A DNA stretch of 58,766 bases from an uncultured Anaerolineales bacterium (GTDB taxonomy: Bacteria; Chloroflexota; Anaerolineae; Anaerolineales; UBA11858): the NCBI GenBank assembly GCA_964448865.1, contig CAYUXO010000003.1, positions 1 through 58,766 on the forward strand, read 5' to 3'. Below the pieces are notes generated by a model. The model saw only the letters and a list, made by a program, of their open reading frames with translations. It did no database searches and was not told the DNA's origin. Made by a program: the position numbers and the translations under genes. This document shows positions 58,199 to 58,766 of this stretch, piece after piece. Positions within the stretch are counted from its first letter, which is position 1; every line of letters begins with the position of its first letter.

Positions 58199-58766
58199 TT
58201 ATTGACAGTCCTCGCGAAAGGCATCCAACTCCCGATTTTTGAGGATCGCGCTAATACCCATCTCTCTGGCCTGGGGGCAGAAATCTTCCAGGGAGATGCC
58301 AGTATCGGTGTATTCGGCCGCGAATACTGGCTTGCCGCTCTCGATGAAGGGCAGCATTTCTTCGCACCAGTCCTGATCAAAACAATCTTCGGTAAGAGCC
58401 CAGTCATAGTAGGCCAGCAGATCCTGGACTTGCTCAGAATCGTTTTTCAACCCGATAGATAAGCCCCGGGCATGGGCTTCCTGGGCTAACCAAATATTGA
58501 AGGTCAATTGGTCTTGATAGGTGAGCGGGAAACCGGTCCTGTTAGTATAGGCGTCGATGTTGTCAGGCTCCACGCCGTCAAATCCTTTGGCGGCACATTC
58601 GTCCAGCCGAGCGCGCATGATAGGGGCCAGCAGGTCGATCTGGCGAATGTCCAACCATTTCTCGCCTGGCCAGCCCAGGTAGTTTTTCCCCAGGACCTCA
58701 GCGGGGAACTTGTCGGCGTCTGGACGCCAGTCCTCCCAACTGCCTGCGCTGATGTAGCAGACCAGA
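58199..58766 (-). CDS. GH114 endo-alpha-1,4-polygalactosaminidase-like (5'-partial)
   Basis: Open to window edge: VCYISAGSWEDWRPD, WPGEKWLDIR, GFDGVEPDNID, GLKND, AEY. Confidence 0.9.
   Translation of the reverse strand, partial: LVCYISAGSWEDWRPDADKFPAEVLGKNYLGWPGEKWLDIRQIDLLAPIMRARLDECAAKGFDGVEPDNIDAYTNRTGFPLTYQDQLTFNIWLAQEAHARGLSIGLKNDSEQVQDLLAYYDWALTEDCFDQDWCEEMLPFIESGKPVFAAEYTDTGISLEDFCPQAREMGISAILKNRELDAFREDCQ

Noticed and set aside
3049..58462. Numerous 60-160 aa antisense or overlapping ORFs in the track, including those over repeats (7097, 47034, 48013, 48236, 55084, 55174, 56612)
   Set aside because: Shadows of well-supported genes or translations of palindromic repeats, with no protein motifs.
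1..58766. CRISPR array, integrase, transposase, rRNA
   Set aside because: No regularly spaced repeat-spacer array and no ORF with recombinase, DDE or HUH motifs seen.

Overview
Bacterial window whose gene content and repeat types suggest Chloroflexota/Anaerolineae (inference). The left ~24 kb is an AT-richer, partly decayed accessory region. It holds an Xre-RES toxin-antitoxin pair, a deleted UxxC (selenocysteine-type) thioredoxin-like gene, a B12-binding enzyme plus opine dehydrogenase pair, a ThrB-like kinase, a livKHMGF + alr + alanine aminotransferase block, a GT-C-like membrane protein, an ABC-2/SDR operon and a two-component system whose kinase has two in-frame stops. The region is punctuated by four copies of a tRNA 3'-half. 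Three of them carry a structured insert in the T-loop, two follow integron attC-like sites, and two are identical 156-bp direct repeats bracketing the liv-alr-aminotransferase block. No integrase or intact tRNA is in the window. The centre holds an 8-gene MglA GTPase / roadblock / DUF4388 / HAMP-only-receptor operon, an HtrA-like protease and a HEAT protein. The right half holds a LacI-controlled sugar ABC + GH38 + 2H + GH130 + GT4 + GH13_18 cluster (mannosylglucosylglycerate-like) and a TetR-linked MacAB/FtsX-type exporter with a cNMP-domain ATPase. It also holds a direct-repeat-flanked RelE/HTH TA pair, a partial GH114, and intergenic mosaics of REP/MITE-like palindromes. All calls come from reading motifs by eye; no database searches were run.
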